Assembly (NCBI GenBank): GCA_951406725.2 | Contig: OX597830.1 | Location: 54,870,001 to 54,934,000 of the forward strand | Length of the DNA: 64,000 nt | Reading direction: 5' to 3' | From: Octopus vulgaris | Lineage: Eukaryota | In this document: piece by piece, positions 52,943 to 64,000 of the stretch | How the letters are laid out: the number at the start of each line of letters is the position of its first letter | Position numbering within the stretch: the first letter of the stretch is position 1 | Notes under the pieces: model-generated | Told to the model about the DNA's origin: nothing | Database searches by the model: none | What the model saw: only the letters and a program-made list of their open reading frames with translations | Position numbers and translations under genes: made by a program

Positions 52943-53842
52943 CTGGGTGTGATGGGTAAATTATCGCCCTTTTATGGTTTTAATTTCGTGCATGCACATT
53001 GTTTGTTTTTTGATTTTGTCAACTACACAGTATAGTAGGGTCAGTTGGGCAACATCTTTGAGAAAAACAGCACCATCACTCAATTCACTCTACCAGAAAT
53101 TTGGAAATGACATGCAGTACTGCTTGGCATTTGCACCAGAGGCTCCAATACTCACATTTCAGAGTGTTTGGGTGTCAATCTGAGGACATGTACCGAGAGT
53201 GATAAAAATCAAACATCCAGTCAACATCATGGTGTTTAGAGTGATCATTAGTGATGGCGATGTTATGCCTCCATTCATCTTCCCTCACTGCCGCAGACTC
53301 AATATGGAGGTCTACATCAAGTGCCTGGAGGAGGTAGTGCTGCACTGGGTCAAGAGGGGGGCTGCTGGAAGACCCTATGGCTGGCAACAGAACTCTGCCC
53401 CATGCCACACAAGCAAGAGAACCCAGTCATGGTTGTCAGACAATCACTGTGATTACATCACTCCTAACATCTGGCCTGCTAACTCCCCAGATTATAATGT
53501 GTGGAGTGCAGTTGAACCAGAGACCAGCAAAACTCCTTGTAACACCAAAGATGAACTGAAAGCAAGGATTATGACAGCATTCACCGACTTAAACAGGGAG
53601 ACCATTCAGAAGAGTTGCAGGAGATTCCAAAGTCGTCTGGAAGCCGTGTTTGAAGCCAATGGCGATTTTATTCAATAAATTTATTCTTTAGTAATTCAAG
53701 ATTTATTTATTTCAAGAATAAATTTATTCTTTAGTATTTCAAGATATTTTTATGTAAATTTAGTAAATATGTCTGTTAAAATGAGATATCAGTATTGTTC
53801 TCATTTTTGCATAATTTAGGTGACAGTTTATTCACTGTACCC

Positions 53843-53844
<2 letters not shown>
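52943..53844 (+). mobile_element. Internally deleted maT/DD37D-like transposon with both TIRs
   Basis: Imperfect TIRs ctgggtgtgatgggtaaattatcgcc / ggtgacagtttattcactgtaccctg, in TA-rich flanks. Confidence 0.8.
53199..53678 (+). pseudogene. Transposase C-terminal fragment (159-aa ORF), catalytic Asp residues lost
   Basis: KHPVNIMVF..WQQNSAPCH (QQD->QQN)..WPANSPDY (NPLD segment missing)..CRRFQSRLEAVFEANG. Confidence 0.85.
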
Positions 53845-53889
<45 letters not shown>

Positions 53890-54222
53890 CATTCCTAAAT
53901 TTAGGATATATATATGTATATATATATAGTAATGTGAGATTAGTAAAGTATATCAATGATATACTTTCCATAGTGCAAATATTATCTGGTTAAGAACTCA
54001 ATACATTTGGTAGAGTAGATAAATATTTATCATATGAAGGTCAAAAGGGAATCTTGAGTTTCACACATAGAGTGGCTGCTTATGATTTAAATATCTATAT
54101 ATGTATACATACATAAATACATACATACGTATGTACACATACACACACATATTTATATACATACACATCTATAAGTATGTACATATACATACATGTACAC
54201 ACACACACACACACATATACAT

Positions 54223-54253
<31 letters not shown>

Positions 54254-54308
54254 CATACATACATACATACATACATACATACATGCATACATACATAAAT
54301 AGATAGAG

Positions 54309-54346
<38 letters not shown>

Positions 54347-54949
54347 CATGTATGGTCACTGTGTGTGAGTGTGTGTATATGGTCATTGTGTGTGTGTGTG
54401 TGTGTGTGTCTGAATGTGTATATGTCTATGAGGGGTTTGTGTTTGTATGTATGTATGTCTATGTATATAGGTATGTATGTGAGCACAAGTAACCCTATAT
54501 ATCTATGAATGTGTGTGTGTGTGTGTGTGTGAGAGAGAGTCTTATCAGTTTACACTGTCTTCAATAGTAAGCCCCTGTTTTTTTCTTACCCCAACTCACC
54601 CCCCCTCGCTTTCTCTCATTTGACTTTCTTGGTGGTGAGGGTGGGGGTGGCGGGGTGGAACTTTTCTATTGATAGATAATGATATAAATAGTCTGACACA
54701 GTTTAAGTATGGGGTGAGTTATTGTTGTTGTTGCAGTTGTTGTTGTGTCTTGTTATTGTTGTTTGTTAGGTGGTGCAGTAGAGCTGTATTGGGATGATGC
54801 AGTCTCTTGACACATTTCTCATCTGTCTCTCTCTCTCTCTCCCTCCTACTCTCCTTCTTTCCTGCCTTCTACTCTCCTTCTTTCCTGCCTCCTACTCTCC
54901 TGTTTCCAGTTATGCTTTGGTTCAGTTCTGACTGATCCGTGATGCAAAT

Positions 54950-55965
54950 TAGAAAGAGAGAGAGAGAGAGAGACAGAGAAATAGGAAGAGTGAGTGAGGA
55001 TGAGAGAGTGAGAGTGACAGAGAGGACGAAGTTACAGAGGAAAAGGGAGAAAAAATGAGAGAGACTGTGTGATAGATACAGAGAGAGAGAGAGAGTAAAA
55101 GAGAGAGACTGGGAGGTAGCAGTTATGGAGAGAAAGAGAGAAAGAGACAGATAGAGAGAGAGACAGAGACAGAGAGAGACAATGACAGAGACAGAGAGAC
55201 AGAGAGACAGAGAAAGAGGTCGGAGAAAGAATGAGAGAGACAGTGTGATAGATACACATAGAGAGAGAGAGAGACTGGGAGGTAGCAGTTATGGAGAGAA
55301 AGAGAGAAAGAGACAGAGAGTCAAAGAGAGAGAGAGAGAGAGAGAGAGACAGTGACAGAGAAAGACAGTGACAGAGAGAGACAGTGAGAGAGACAGAGGT
55401 GGGAGAAAGAATGAGAGAGAGACAGTGTGATAGACAGACATAGAAAGAGAGATAGAGAGAGAAACACATAGAGATAAATGACAGGGAGAAATAGAGAGAG
55501 ATAGTATTTTTAAGAGAGAGAGTGTTTGTGTGTGAGACAGAGAGACAGTAGTTATAGAGAGACAGTAGTTACAAACAGAGAGAGAGAAAGAGAAAGAAAG
55601 AGATATAGAGAGAAAAACAGAGAGAGAGAGAGAGAGAGAGTGAAAGTGAGGTGTGTGTGTATTTGTGTGTGATACAGAGAGACAGTAGTTATAGAGAGAT
55701 AGTAGTTAGAGAGACAGTAGTTACAGAAAGAGAGAGAGAGATTGTGTGTGTGTGTGTGTGCGTGTGTGTGCATGTGTGTGTATGTGTGAGAGAAAGAGAG
55801 AGAGAAAGACATAGAGAAAGAAAGAAAGGAGGGAGAGAGAGTGAATAAGAGAGAGAAAGACTGAAAGAGAGCAATTACAGAGAGGAGAGGGGGCAGAAGA
55901 AAGGGGGAGACATAGAAAGAGATAGAGGGGAAAGAGATAGAGAATGACAGGGAAATAACAGTAAT

Positions 55966-55997
<32 letters not shown>

Positions 55998-56267
55998 GAA
56001 GACAGACAGATAGATAGACAGATGGATATTAAGAGACAGTAATTACAGAGAAGGAGGAAGAGAGAATGAGCCGGTGTAATGGAAACACATAGAAAGAGAG
56101 TGACAGAGAAATATGGGATAAGGAGAGAGAGAGAGAATAACAGAGAAAGAGTGAGAGAGAGAGAGAGAGTGGGGTGAGAAAGATGTTAGTGAGCATAGAT
56201 AGATAGGGAAAGCAGAAAAAAAAAAAAGAGACTTACAGAGAAATAGGCAAATAAAAAGAAAAGCAAG

Positions 56268-56312
<45 letters not shown>

Positions 56313-56340
56313 GGAGAGAGAAGGAGAGAGAGAGCTGAAA
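54950..56340. repeat. Long GA-rich low-complexity tract with an internal ~166-bp duplication
   Basis: gagactgggaggtagcagttatggagagaaagagagaaaagagacag at ~55105 and ~55271. Confidence 0.85.
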
Positions 56341-56616
56341 ATATAAAACTTTGATCATACTGAAAAAACAATGGATGTACATGATGTTGATGTATTGTCT
56401 GTCTGTCTGTCTGTCTCTCTCTCTCACTCTCTCTCTTCTCTCTCTGTCTCTCTTCTTCTCTCTTTATCTCTCTCTTTCTCTCCCTATCTCTCTCTGCCCC
56501 AGTTAAATCGATGTATATAAAGACAGACAGCAGCTACTAGTAAACATATACATAGACATACATACACACTCATACACGCACGTTTATACGTGCACATGTG
56601 TGAGTCTCTATATGCA

Positions 56617-56669
<53 letters not shown>

Positions 56670-57284
56670 GATGATGATCATCATATACATGTATGTGTGT
56701 GTGTTTATTTGTGTATGTGTGTGTGTGTTCGTGTGTGTATAGATATGTATGAATATATGTGTGTGTGAATGTGTGTGTGCATGTGTATTATATATTTACA
56801 CATCATCATTTAACCTCTATGTTTCATAAGCTGGATGGATCGTCAAGATGCAAGGGGCCCAAGAACCGTTTCATGTTCCAATGTCAACCTTGCTATGGTT
56901 TCTACAACTGAATGCCTTTCCTAATGCCAGCAACCTTACAGTGTGTACTGACTGTTTTTTTTTTCACAGCACCAGCACCAATGAGGTTGCCAAGTAATTT
57001 ACATTACCAAAAAAATCCTCTGACTGACTGGAGATGGAAATTGAAAGAATCCCCTCATGTGTGTGTGTGTGTGTGTACACAATTGTGTCTCCTTGTTTTC
57101 ACATTGTGGGATTGTGGGATAGCTGTAAAATGACAGCCGCTGTCATACAAAGAGTGTCATTCATTTCCAATTCTCTGCAAAAACATGTCTGGCCACAAAG
57201 AAATATTACCTCACTTGGAAACAAGAGAGCATTAAAGACAGGAACGTAATGATGATGATGATGATGATATTTATATATGTACCA

Positions 57285-57485
57285 AAGAGACGAGCTGACA
57301 GAAACATTAGCACACCAGGCGAAACGCTTAGCAGTATTTCATCTGTCTTTACATTCTGAGTTCAAATTCTGCCGCGGTCGACTTTGCCTTTCATCCTTTC
57401 AGGGTCAATAAATTAAGTACCAGTTAATCTAATCGACTGGCCCCCCTCCCCAAAAATTTCGTGCCTTGTGCCTAGAGTAGAAAAG
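57285..57485 (+). mobile_element. SINE family B copy
   Basis: Matches the family consensus. Confidence 0.8.
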
Positions 57486-58232
57486 ATATTTATATATGTA
57501 TAGCATCATCATCTTTTTTTAATATCTGTCTTCCAAGCTGACATTGGTTGGGCAGCTCAAAAGGATTCCAGAAGTCTCAGGACTGTGTCGAGCTCAAATG
57601 TCAGCTTTGGCATGGTTTCTAAGGCTTAATGTCCTTCTTGACCCCCAATAATTTTACAGAGTGTACTGGGTCCTTTTTTTCTCCTTTTTGTGCCACCAGC
57701 TCTAGTGAAGTAGCAAAGTATTTTGTAAGATGAGGAAATCCCCTTGACAGTGTATGGTTGTTAGTTGAGAAGGAGATTGCTTCATGCCAAATATTTGGAG
57801 GCTAAACTATGATAGAAGAACAGAAACTTGCTATGGAAGAGATGCATAGCTACTCCTGCCATCTCCCCCCCACCACACCACACCTGTATTATATAAGGGT
57901 GAATGAGAATGGTTGGAAAGAGAGTTAAAAATGGTGGTGACAAAGTGTCTGGCCTTATCTCAAGGTACAACAAGGTGAGTGTGAGAGAGAATACAGAAAT
58001 GTGATGGGGAAGGATAGGTGGGCAAGTTCATAAGAGTGTGAAAGAAGAGGGACAGGTATTTAGAGATGGGGGTAGAGGTAAGTGTAGTATGTGGTGAGCA
58101 AGGGTGGCAGTGTGGTCAATGTATGTATTTGTAATTATGTATGCGTGTGTATGTGTGTGTGTTAGTGTGTGTGTGTGTGTGTGTGTGCATAAATGCATAT
58201 GTATGCATGTATGTATATATGTATCTCTCTTT

Positions 58233-58417
58233 CAGTTCTATATTTAAGAGATGAGGAATGATGTACATTATTTACATTATTTACATTATTTACATTTGAC
58301 GAATATTTGTCTTCATTTTGTTTGTTGTTAACACAACGTTTCGGCTGATATACCCTCCAGCCTTCATCAGGTGTCATCAGGGGAAATTTCGAACCTGGGT
58401 TCTCATTTTCAATATTG

Positions 58418-58449
<32 letters not shown>

Positions 58450-58524
58450 TAGGTTACAGCCTGGAATCGAACTTGGAATCTTGGGATTAGTAGCCCATGC
58501 TCTTAACCACTACACCAAATGCCC
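58233..58524 (-). mobile_element. tRNA-headed SINE-like element carrying a hammerhead ribozyme
   Basis: Minus strand: tRNA-like head (A box tggtgtagtgg, B box gttcgattcc; 58524-58451), (AAT)n linker, hammerhead, then a (aatgtaaat)x3 region. Confidence 0.75.
58330..58375 (-). ncRNA. Minimal type I hammerhead ribozyme
   Basis: gacac-CTGATGA-a-ggctg(gagggtatat)cagcc-GAAAC-GTT-gtgtt: intact core, 5-bp stems I and II, palindromic ACGT stem III. Confidence 0.82.
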
Positions 58525-58603
58525 ATGGGCATATCTCTATATATAAATTTATATATATATGGGGAAGGGGAAAGAGAGAGGAGGCAGGGGGCAGGGATGG
58601 TTG

Positions 58604-59199
58604 TGTGGTTCAGTTGAAGGGAAAGACCTGTTCTACAACCAAGCGAAAGACTTTGTCCAAGGAAGATCATGTTGAGTGTATGGTGGGATATTGAAGGAAT
58701 TGTCCATTATGAACTGCCAGACAACAATCAAACAATCACTGCTAATTCATACCGTGACCAACTTCATTGTATGAAAGCTGCTTTGAACAGAAAGCGACTC
58801 TACTCAATCAACAAAAAGGGTGTCTTCTTCCACCATGATAACACACAGCTTGACTGCCCAAAGATCTCATGGAAGAGTTTAGTTGGGAAATATTGCTTCA
58901 TCCTCCATATTCTCCAGACCTTACTCCCTCTGATTATCACTTGTTTCAGGGACTATACAGAACCATTTCAATGGCCTTAGGCTGACATCAAGAGCAGAGG
59001 TTGAAAATGAGTGGGATTCATATTTTGCATCAAAACCTAAACAATTTTACAAGCGTGACATTTATAAGCTGGTTGACAGATGGAATAATTAAGTTCGAGA
59101 AAGCAATGGAAATTATGTTAATGAATAAATATTGTCTTAATTATGGGCTTTTACATTTTTCTAGAGATCTTAAAATCAGTCATTACCTTCACTCCAACA

Positions 59200-59204
<5 letters not shown>
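58604..59204 (+). mobile_element. Decayed mariner (DD34D-type), 3' half
   Basis: KIMLSVWWDIEGIVHYELP..VFFHHDN..(frameshift) WEILLHPPYSPDLTPSDYHLF. Confidence 0.88.
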
Positions 59205-59255
<51 letters not shown>

Positions 59256-59464
59256 GCGGAAGAGAGAGAGAAAGTTGTGTCTATACTGTGTGTATGTGTG
59301 TCTGTGTGAGTATCAGTATTAGTGAGTATATATGTGTAACAGCTATGCTTTCGCTCTGTGTACGCATGTGTGTATGGGTGTGCTTGTGTGTCTGTGTGTG
59401 TGTATGCTTGTATCTATGATAGTAGGTGCATACATGTGTGCACATATATATACATATCTATCTA

Positions 59465-59500
<36 letters not shown>

Positions 59501-59552
59501 GGTCCCGGGTTGACAACCACAGTAAGTAAGGTACTAATACATACATATCTAT

Positions 59553-59622
59553 CTGTTTCATCAAGAGAAATCTTCAGGAACTGAAGATTTCTCAGTTCCT
59601 GAAGATTTCTCTTGATAAACAG
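59553..59622. repeat. Near-perfect 31/32-bp inverted repeat
   Basis: ctgtttcatcaagagaaatcttcaggaactga / tcagttcctgaagatttctcttgataaacag. Confidence 0.92.
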
Positions 59623-59651
59623 TATAGTCCTGTAGAAGCTCCTTCTATATA

Positions 59652-59736
<85 letters not shown>

Positions 59737-60045
59737 GTTGTGGCAGTGCTGCATATATGTAAGTGTGTTTGTATTTGCATTATTTTGGTATTCCCTATTT
59801 GCCTTTCATCTCACAGGAGGTGGGGACTGCTAATCCTTTTGTTTTCTCAGAGCTAAATATTCAGGGCTGCTAAAGGATACATGTAAGTGCAGTGCGTCCT
59901 CTACTATAAGTTTGTACTACATTCTTTCTAGGGCAAAATCTGGGTACTCAGTACAGTGGTTTTAATATATTCAAAACAAAAAACTGAACATGGGGTTCTA
60001 AATGTGTTTACTGTTCCCACATGATGGTGCATGTCTTTGTGTGTC

Positions 60046-60272
60046 AAGGTGCTGAGCTGGAAGAATCGTTAGTGCGCTGGTAGAAATGCTTTGCGGTATT
60101 TTGTCTGCTGCTACGTTCTGAGTTCAAGTTCCACCGAGGTCGACTTTACCTTTCATCCTTCCGGGGTCGATTAAATAAGTACCAGTTACGCACTGGGGGT
60201 CGATGTAATCGTTTGTCTGTCCTTGTTTGTCCCCTCTGTGTTTAGCCCCTTGTGGGTAGTAAAGAAATAGGT
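60046..60272 (+). mobile_element. SINE family B, full length
   Basis: aggtgctgagctgg head to gtagtaaagaaataggt end. Confidence 0.85.
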
Positions 60273-61399
60273 GTGTGTCTTAGTGGTTAGAGTATTAGGC
60301 TTTCGATCATAGGTTTTAGATACAATTCCTCAACTGAACAAGATATTGTGGCCTTGAGCAAGTACTTCATTTCACCTTGCTCCAGTGAAAATAAGTACCA
60401 GCTGACCCCTCGCCCACCAACTATCACCTCCTTCATATTCCGCTGGGTCAAAGGTAGGAGGGCTGAGTGGGTGACTATGTTTGTTTGGGACTAAATATAC
60501 CTAAAATGGTTAGCATAATTGTGGAACAAGCTACTAGGTTATGCTTGTTTGTTAATGGTGGCTAAGCTAAGCTAATACCCCCACACACAACTATCAAAGA
60601 GCAATCATTAACCTTATAATGGCTATCTCTATTAAATGATAGCTGATGTAAATGTTGGCTGGCTGGCTGGCTGGCTGGTAGGCTGGCTGGTAGGCTGGCT
60701 GGTAGGCTGGCTGGTAGGCTGGCTGGTAGGCTGGCTGGTTGGTTGATTGGTTGATTTTTCCTGTCATGTTTTAGACTGTATTAAGAGGAGAATAGAGAGG
60801 GAAAAGAGAGATACAGAGTGAGTTTACACAAGAGGTGCAGGATGAGTGGGTGAGTGCATATACAAGTCTTAGTGGCACAAGCAATCAGTAAATGTACATT
60901 ACTATCTCTCTCACACACATAGACGCACACAAACACATAGTGAGAGAAAGAATAATAGAAACAAAGGAGGTGGGGAGGAGAGGGAATAAACAACAAGGGA
61001 GTTGGGGAAGAGGGAGTAAATGATAGAGTAGAGTAGTTGTGGGAGGAGTTAAAATTTTCTAGAGAAAGATTTTCTATCGAGAAGATTGCAATTTTTTAAT
61101 TTTTTTTGATAAAATTTAGAACAATAATGATAATAATATATCGTGAAGTATATCTGCCACCTAAATGTGGCTAACCCTTAAGGGTTGATGCTGCTGTAGC
61201 TTGTAGCCCCAGGAAGACATCTCTTCCAGCTGGCTATTGACACACTTTCTGTGCCCTATCTGTATTTGCAAAGTTTGTACCTTGCTCAGAGATTTATTAT
61301 TGCTTGTATTCATTTGTTGAATGTATATCATTTGTTGAAAACATAAATCTGGAGAAGAAACACACTCTGAGACTTAGAGCAGTGTATATTTTAATGGGG

Positions 61400-62000
61400 A
61401 AGGCCGGTTTATGGGAGTACCTTGGGTTTTCCGTCCATAAAGAGCTTAGCTTTATGGCATATCATCAAACCCCAAAACCTGTTGGCCTAAGACCTCTTCA
61501 AAATATGGAGGGGGAAAAGCCTTTTTATGATGGTAAACAATAAGGGATTATCTCCCTTTGCCATTGGCTATCGACTTCTGGCCGTGCTGCCATCAGGAAA
61601 TCTCCAAAACACTACAACAGTAAACAATAGGAGATTATCTCCCTTTATCATTGGCCATCGACTTCTGGCTGTGCCACCATCTTGTAGTTTCCAAAATACT
61701 AGCAGGAATTTTCTAAAATGTAAACATGACCCTAAAATCTCCCTTCTGGAGTTAAGGATGCTCCCTGGTTTGAGCAAGTCTTTTAGGATTCACGAGCGTT
61801 TAGCTATGCATAACTTGCAATGCTTCATCCCATTGATGTAGAGGCCTGGGGCTTCAAGGATTTTCTATGAGATCAAGTATGGGATCCCATCATCACTTAG
61901 TTGCCAGACATGACTAGCTAGCAGTGTTACTTATCTCCTTTCCGGAACTGAGAGACGTTGCTTGAGAGAATTCTCAGTACATCCAATGTATTTCTGGGGG
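61400..62000 (-). mobile_element. Penelope-like element 3' end: GIY-YIG C-terminus, 87-bp tandem duplication, degenerate hammerhead (61413-61473)
   Basis: Minus-strand QKYIGCTENSLKQR..LASHVWQL..KHCKLCIAK..ILNSRREILGSCLHFRKFLL. Confidence 0.8.
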
Positions 62001-62475
62001 TGCATGTTGTCGGCGCTGCACCTGTTGCTGTTGTTGTTGCTGGTGTAGTCGCCGATGTTGTTATTGTTGTTGGAGCTGGGGCTGCTGGTGTTGATATCGC
62101 TGTAGGTAGTGGTGGCTTCAATAATGTTATCGCTACTATGTACATATATATATTATATATATATTTAAATGTGTGTATATGTATGTGTGTGTTTGTCCCC
62201 ACCACTGCACTTGACAATTGCTGTTGGTTTGTGTAATGTAGGGATTCTTCAGCACAAGAGGCTAATAGTCTCTTTCAGAGGAGGGGTTGAGTTATTTTAT
62301 TTAAGTACCAAACTTAAATAGAATAAGTAATTGGTTAGATTTCTTCTGTTAAACCCTTCAAAGCTGTGGTGCTCCAGCATGGCTGCAGTCCAAGTACTGA
62401 AACAAGAAAAAGATAAAAAAATAATCTTTATGTTTGTGTCTTGATCTTTTAGAAATAATAGATTAAAAACATACA

Positions 62476-62925
62476 TGCCAGTGGCACTTAAAAGGCACCA
62501 TTCGAGCACCGTGCCAGTGGCACTTAAAAGGCACTATTCAAACGTGATCGTTACCAGTGTCGCCTACTGGCACTCGAGCCCCATGCTAATAGGGTATTAA
62601 GAGCAACATCTGAGCGTGGCACGTAAAAGACACCATTCGAACGTGATCGTTACCAGCATCTCCTTACTGGCACCTGTGCCGGTGGCATGTGTAAAAGATT
62701 TGAGCGGAGTCGTTGCCAGTACCACCTGACTGGCCCCGTGCCAGTGGCATGTAAAAGCACCCACTACACTCTCGGAGTGGTTGCCGTTAGGAAGGGCATC
62801 CAGCTGTAGAAACTCTGCCAGATCAAGATTGAAGCCTGGTACAGCCATCTGGTTCGCCAGCCCTTAGTCATTCATCCAACCCATGCTAGCATGGAAAGCG
62901 GACGTTAAACGATGATGATGATGAT
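62476..62925 (+). mobile_element. RTE 3' UTR (family C) with internal sub-repeats
   Basis: The gtggcac(g/t)taaaa unit recurs ~5x before the standard tail and (GAT)n. Confidence 0.8.
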
Positions 62926-63004
62926 GTCGTTAGAGCACTCTGTTTCAAAAGATATATATTGTTATCTTTTACTTAACTCCCTTTTATCATTATTGTCTTC
63001 TTTT

Positions 63005-63530
63005 TCAGGTGTAGCTGTGTGGTAAGAAGTTTGCTTCTAAACCATGTGGTTTTGGGTTCAGTCCCACTGCATTGCACCATGAGCAGATATCTTGTACTAA
63101 GCCTCAGGTCTACTAAGGCCATGTGAGTGTATTTCATAGACAGAAACTGAAGGAAGCCCGTTGTATATGTACATGCCTATGTGTGTTTGTGTGTGTATAT
63201 GTATGAGTGTGTTTGTGTGAGAAAGTATGTGTGTGTGTGTGTGTGTGTCTTTTTGTCTTGACATTGCATGATAATTGTAAATGATCATCACTGTCATATA
63301 AGCAGTGTCGTTCATTTCTAATATTCTGTAAAAACGTATCTAGCCGTGGACAAATATTACCTTGCTTGGAAACACGTGAGTGTTGACGAGAGGAAGGACA
63401 TCTGACCGTAGAAAATCTGCCTCAATAAAACTCCATCTAATTCATGCAAACTGAGAAGAGTGGATGTTAAAATGACAATGCTGATGATAATGATGATGAT
63501 GATAACAACGATGATGATGATGATAATGAT
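63005..63530 (+). mobile_element. SINE family A head with an alternative tail (as at 2725-3200)
   Basis: gctgtgtggtaagaag head, then cttgacattgcatgata..aaatattaccttgcttggaaac..gatgttaaaatg(gat)n. Confidence 0.7.
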
Positions 63531-64000
63531 GATGGTTTTAATTAGGACCTCCTTTTCTTATTACGATTTTATCTCTTATAACCGTAATCTCTTCTTCAAC
63601 AATTATGACCATTCTTTATGATTTTCATCTGACCTAATACCGTTACAACTTTCTTATATATTTTATGATCTTTTTTATATCTATGGCTTTTCTTTAAGTT
63701 TATGACCTTTGACCTATTGTTGATGTCATGTCTTTTGTTTATGATAATGACCTTTCTTTATGATTATGATTTTCTTTTTGTGATTGTGACTCATGATCAT
63801 CATCATCACCACAACCACTACCATTGTCATCATAATCAACATCATTATCATCATCATTGTCATTACCGTCATCATCATCATCATCATCATCACCATCATG
63901 TATAGTTTTTGCTCATTTTTGTTGTCTTATGTAAGCTGTTGTTGTGGTGGTTGTTGTTGCTGTAATTGTTCTTGTTATTGCTGTTGTTATGGTTGTTATT

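Noticed and set aside
52337-53678. One maT transposase split into two 'exons' (first piece ends at MHTKFPAT, second starts at KIKHPVNIMV)
   Set aside because: The second piece sits inside its own TIR pair, both pieces have disabling mutations, and no splice signals support joining.
58451-58524. Functional tRNA gene
   Set aside because: Imperfect acceptor and anticodon stems, and direct fusion to a repeat body. Better read as a SINE head; the same applies to the heads at 7826 and 20473.

Overview
AT-rich eukaryotic (animal) non-coding DNA, intronic or intergenic. It is built almost entirely from microsatellites ((TA)n, (CA)n, (GA)n, (CATA)n, (TCTA)n, (GAT)n, (ACC)n), short interspersed repeats and decayed transposons. 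The repeat families and style look like an octopus (coleoid cephalopod) genome; this is recognition from memory, not a database result. I find no intact host gene, and nearly all ORFs in the track are microsatellite artefacts. The coding remnants I can recognise are all mobile-element derived: mariner (DD34D-type) and maT/DD37D-type transposases, a Helitron Rep-helicase fragment, RTE, CR1/L2 and R4-like (restriction-like endonuclease) LINE ends, and two Penelope-like (PLE) RT/GIY-YIG remnants. There are also several MITEs with visible TIRs and TSDs. The most interesting layer is RNA structure. At least three well-formed and several degenerate minimal type I hammerhead ribozyme motifs occur: one in a tRNA-headed (Pol III) SINE-like element, one with a microsatellite expanded inside its stem II loop, and one in a direct-repeat, retrozyme-like arrangement. 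The window also has several long fold-back palindromes and a ~1.3 kb inverted array of ~74-bp tandem units. Coordinates were read by eye and repeat boundaries may be off by a few to tens of bases.
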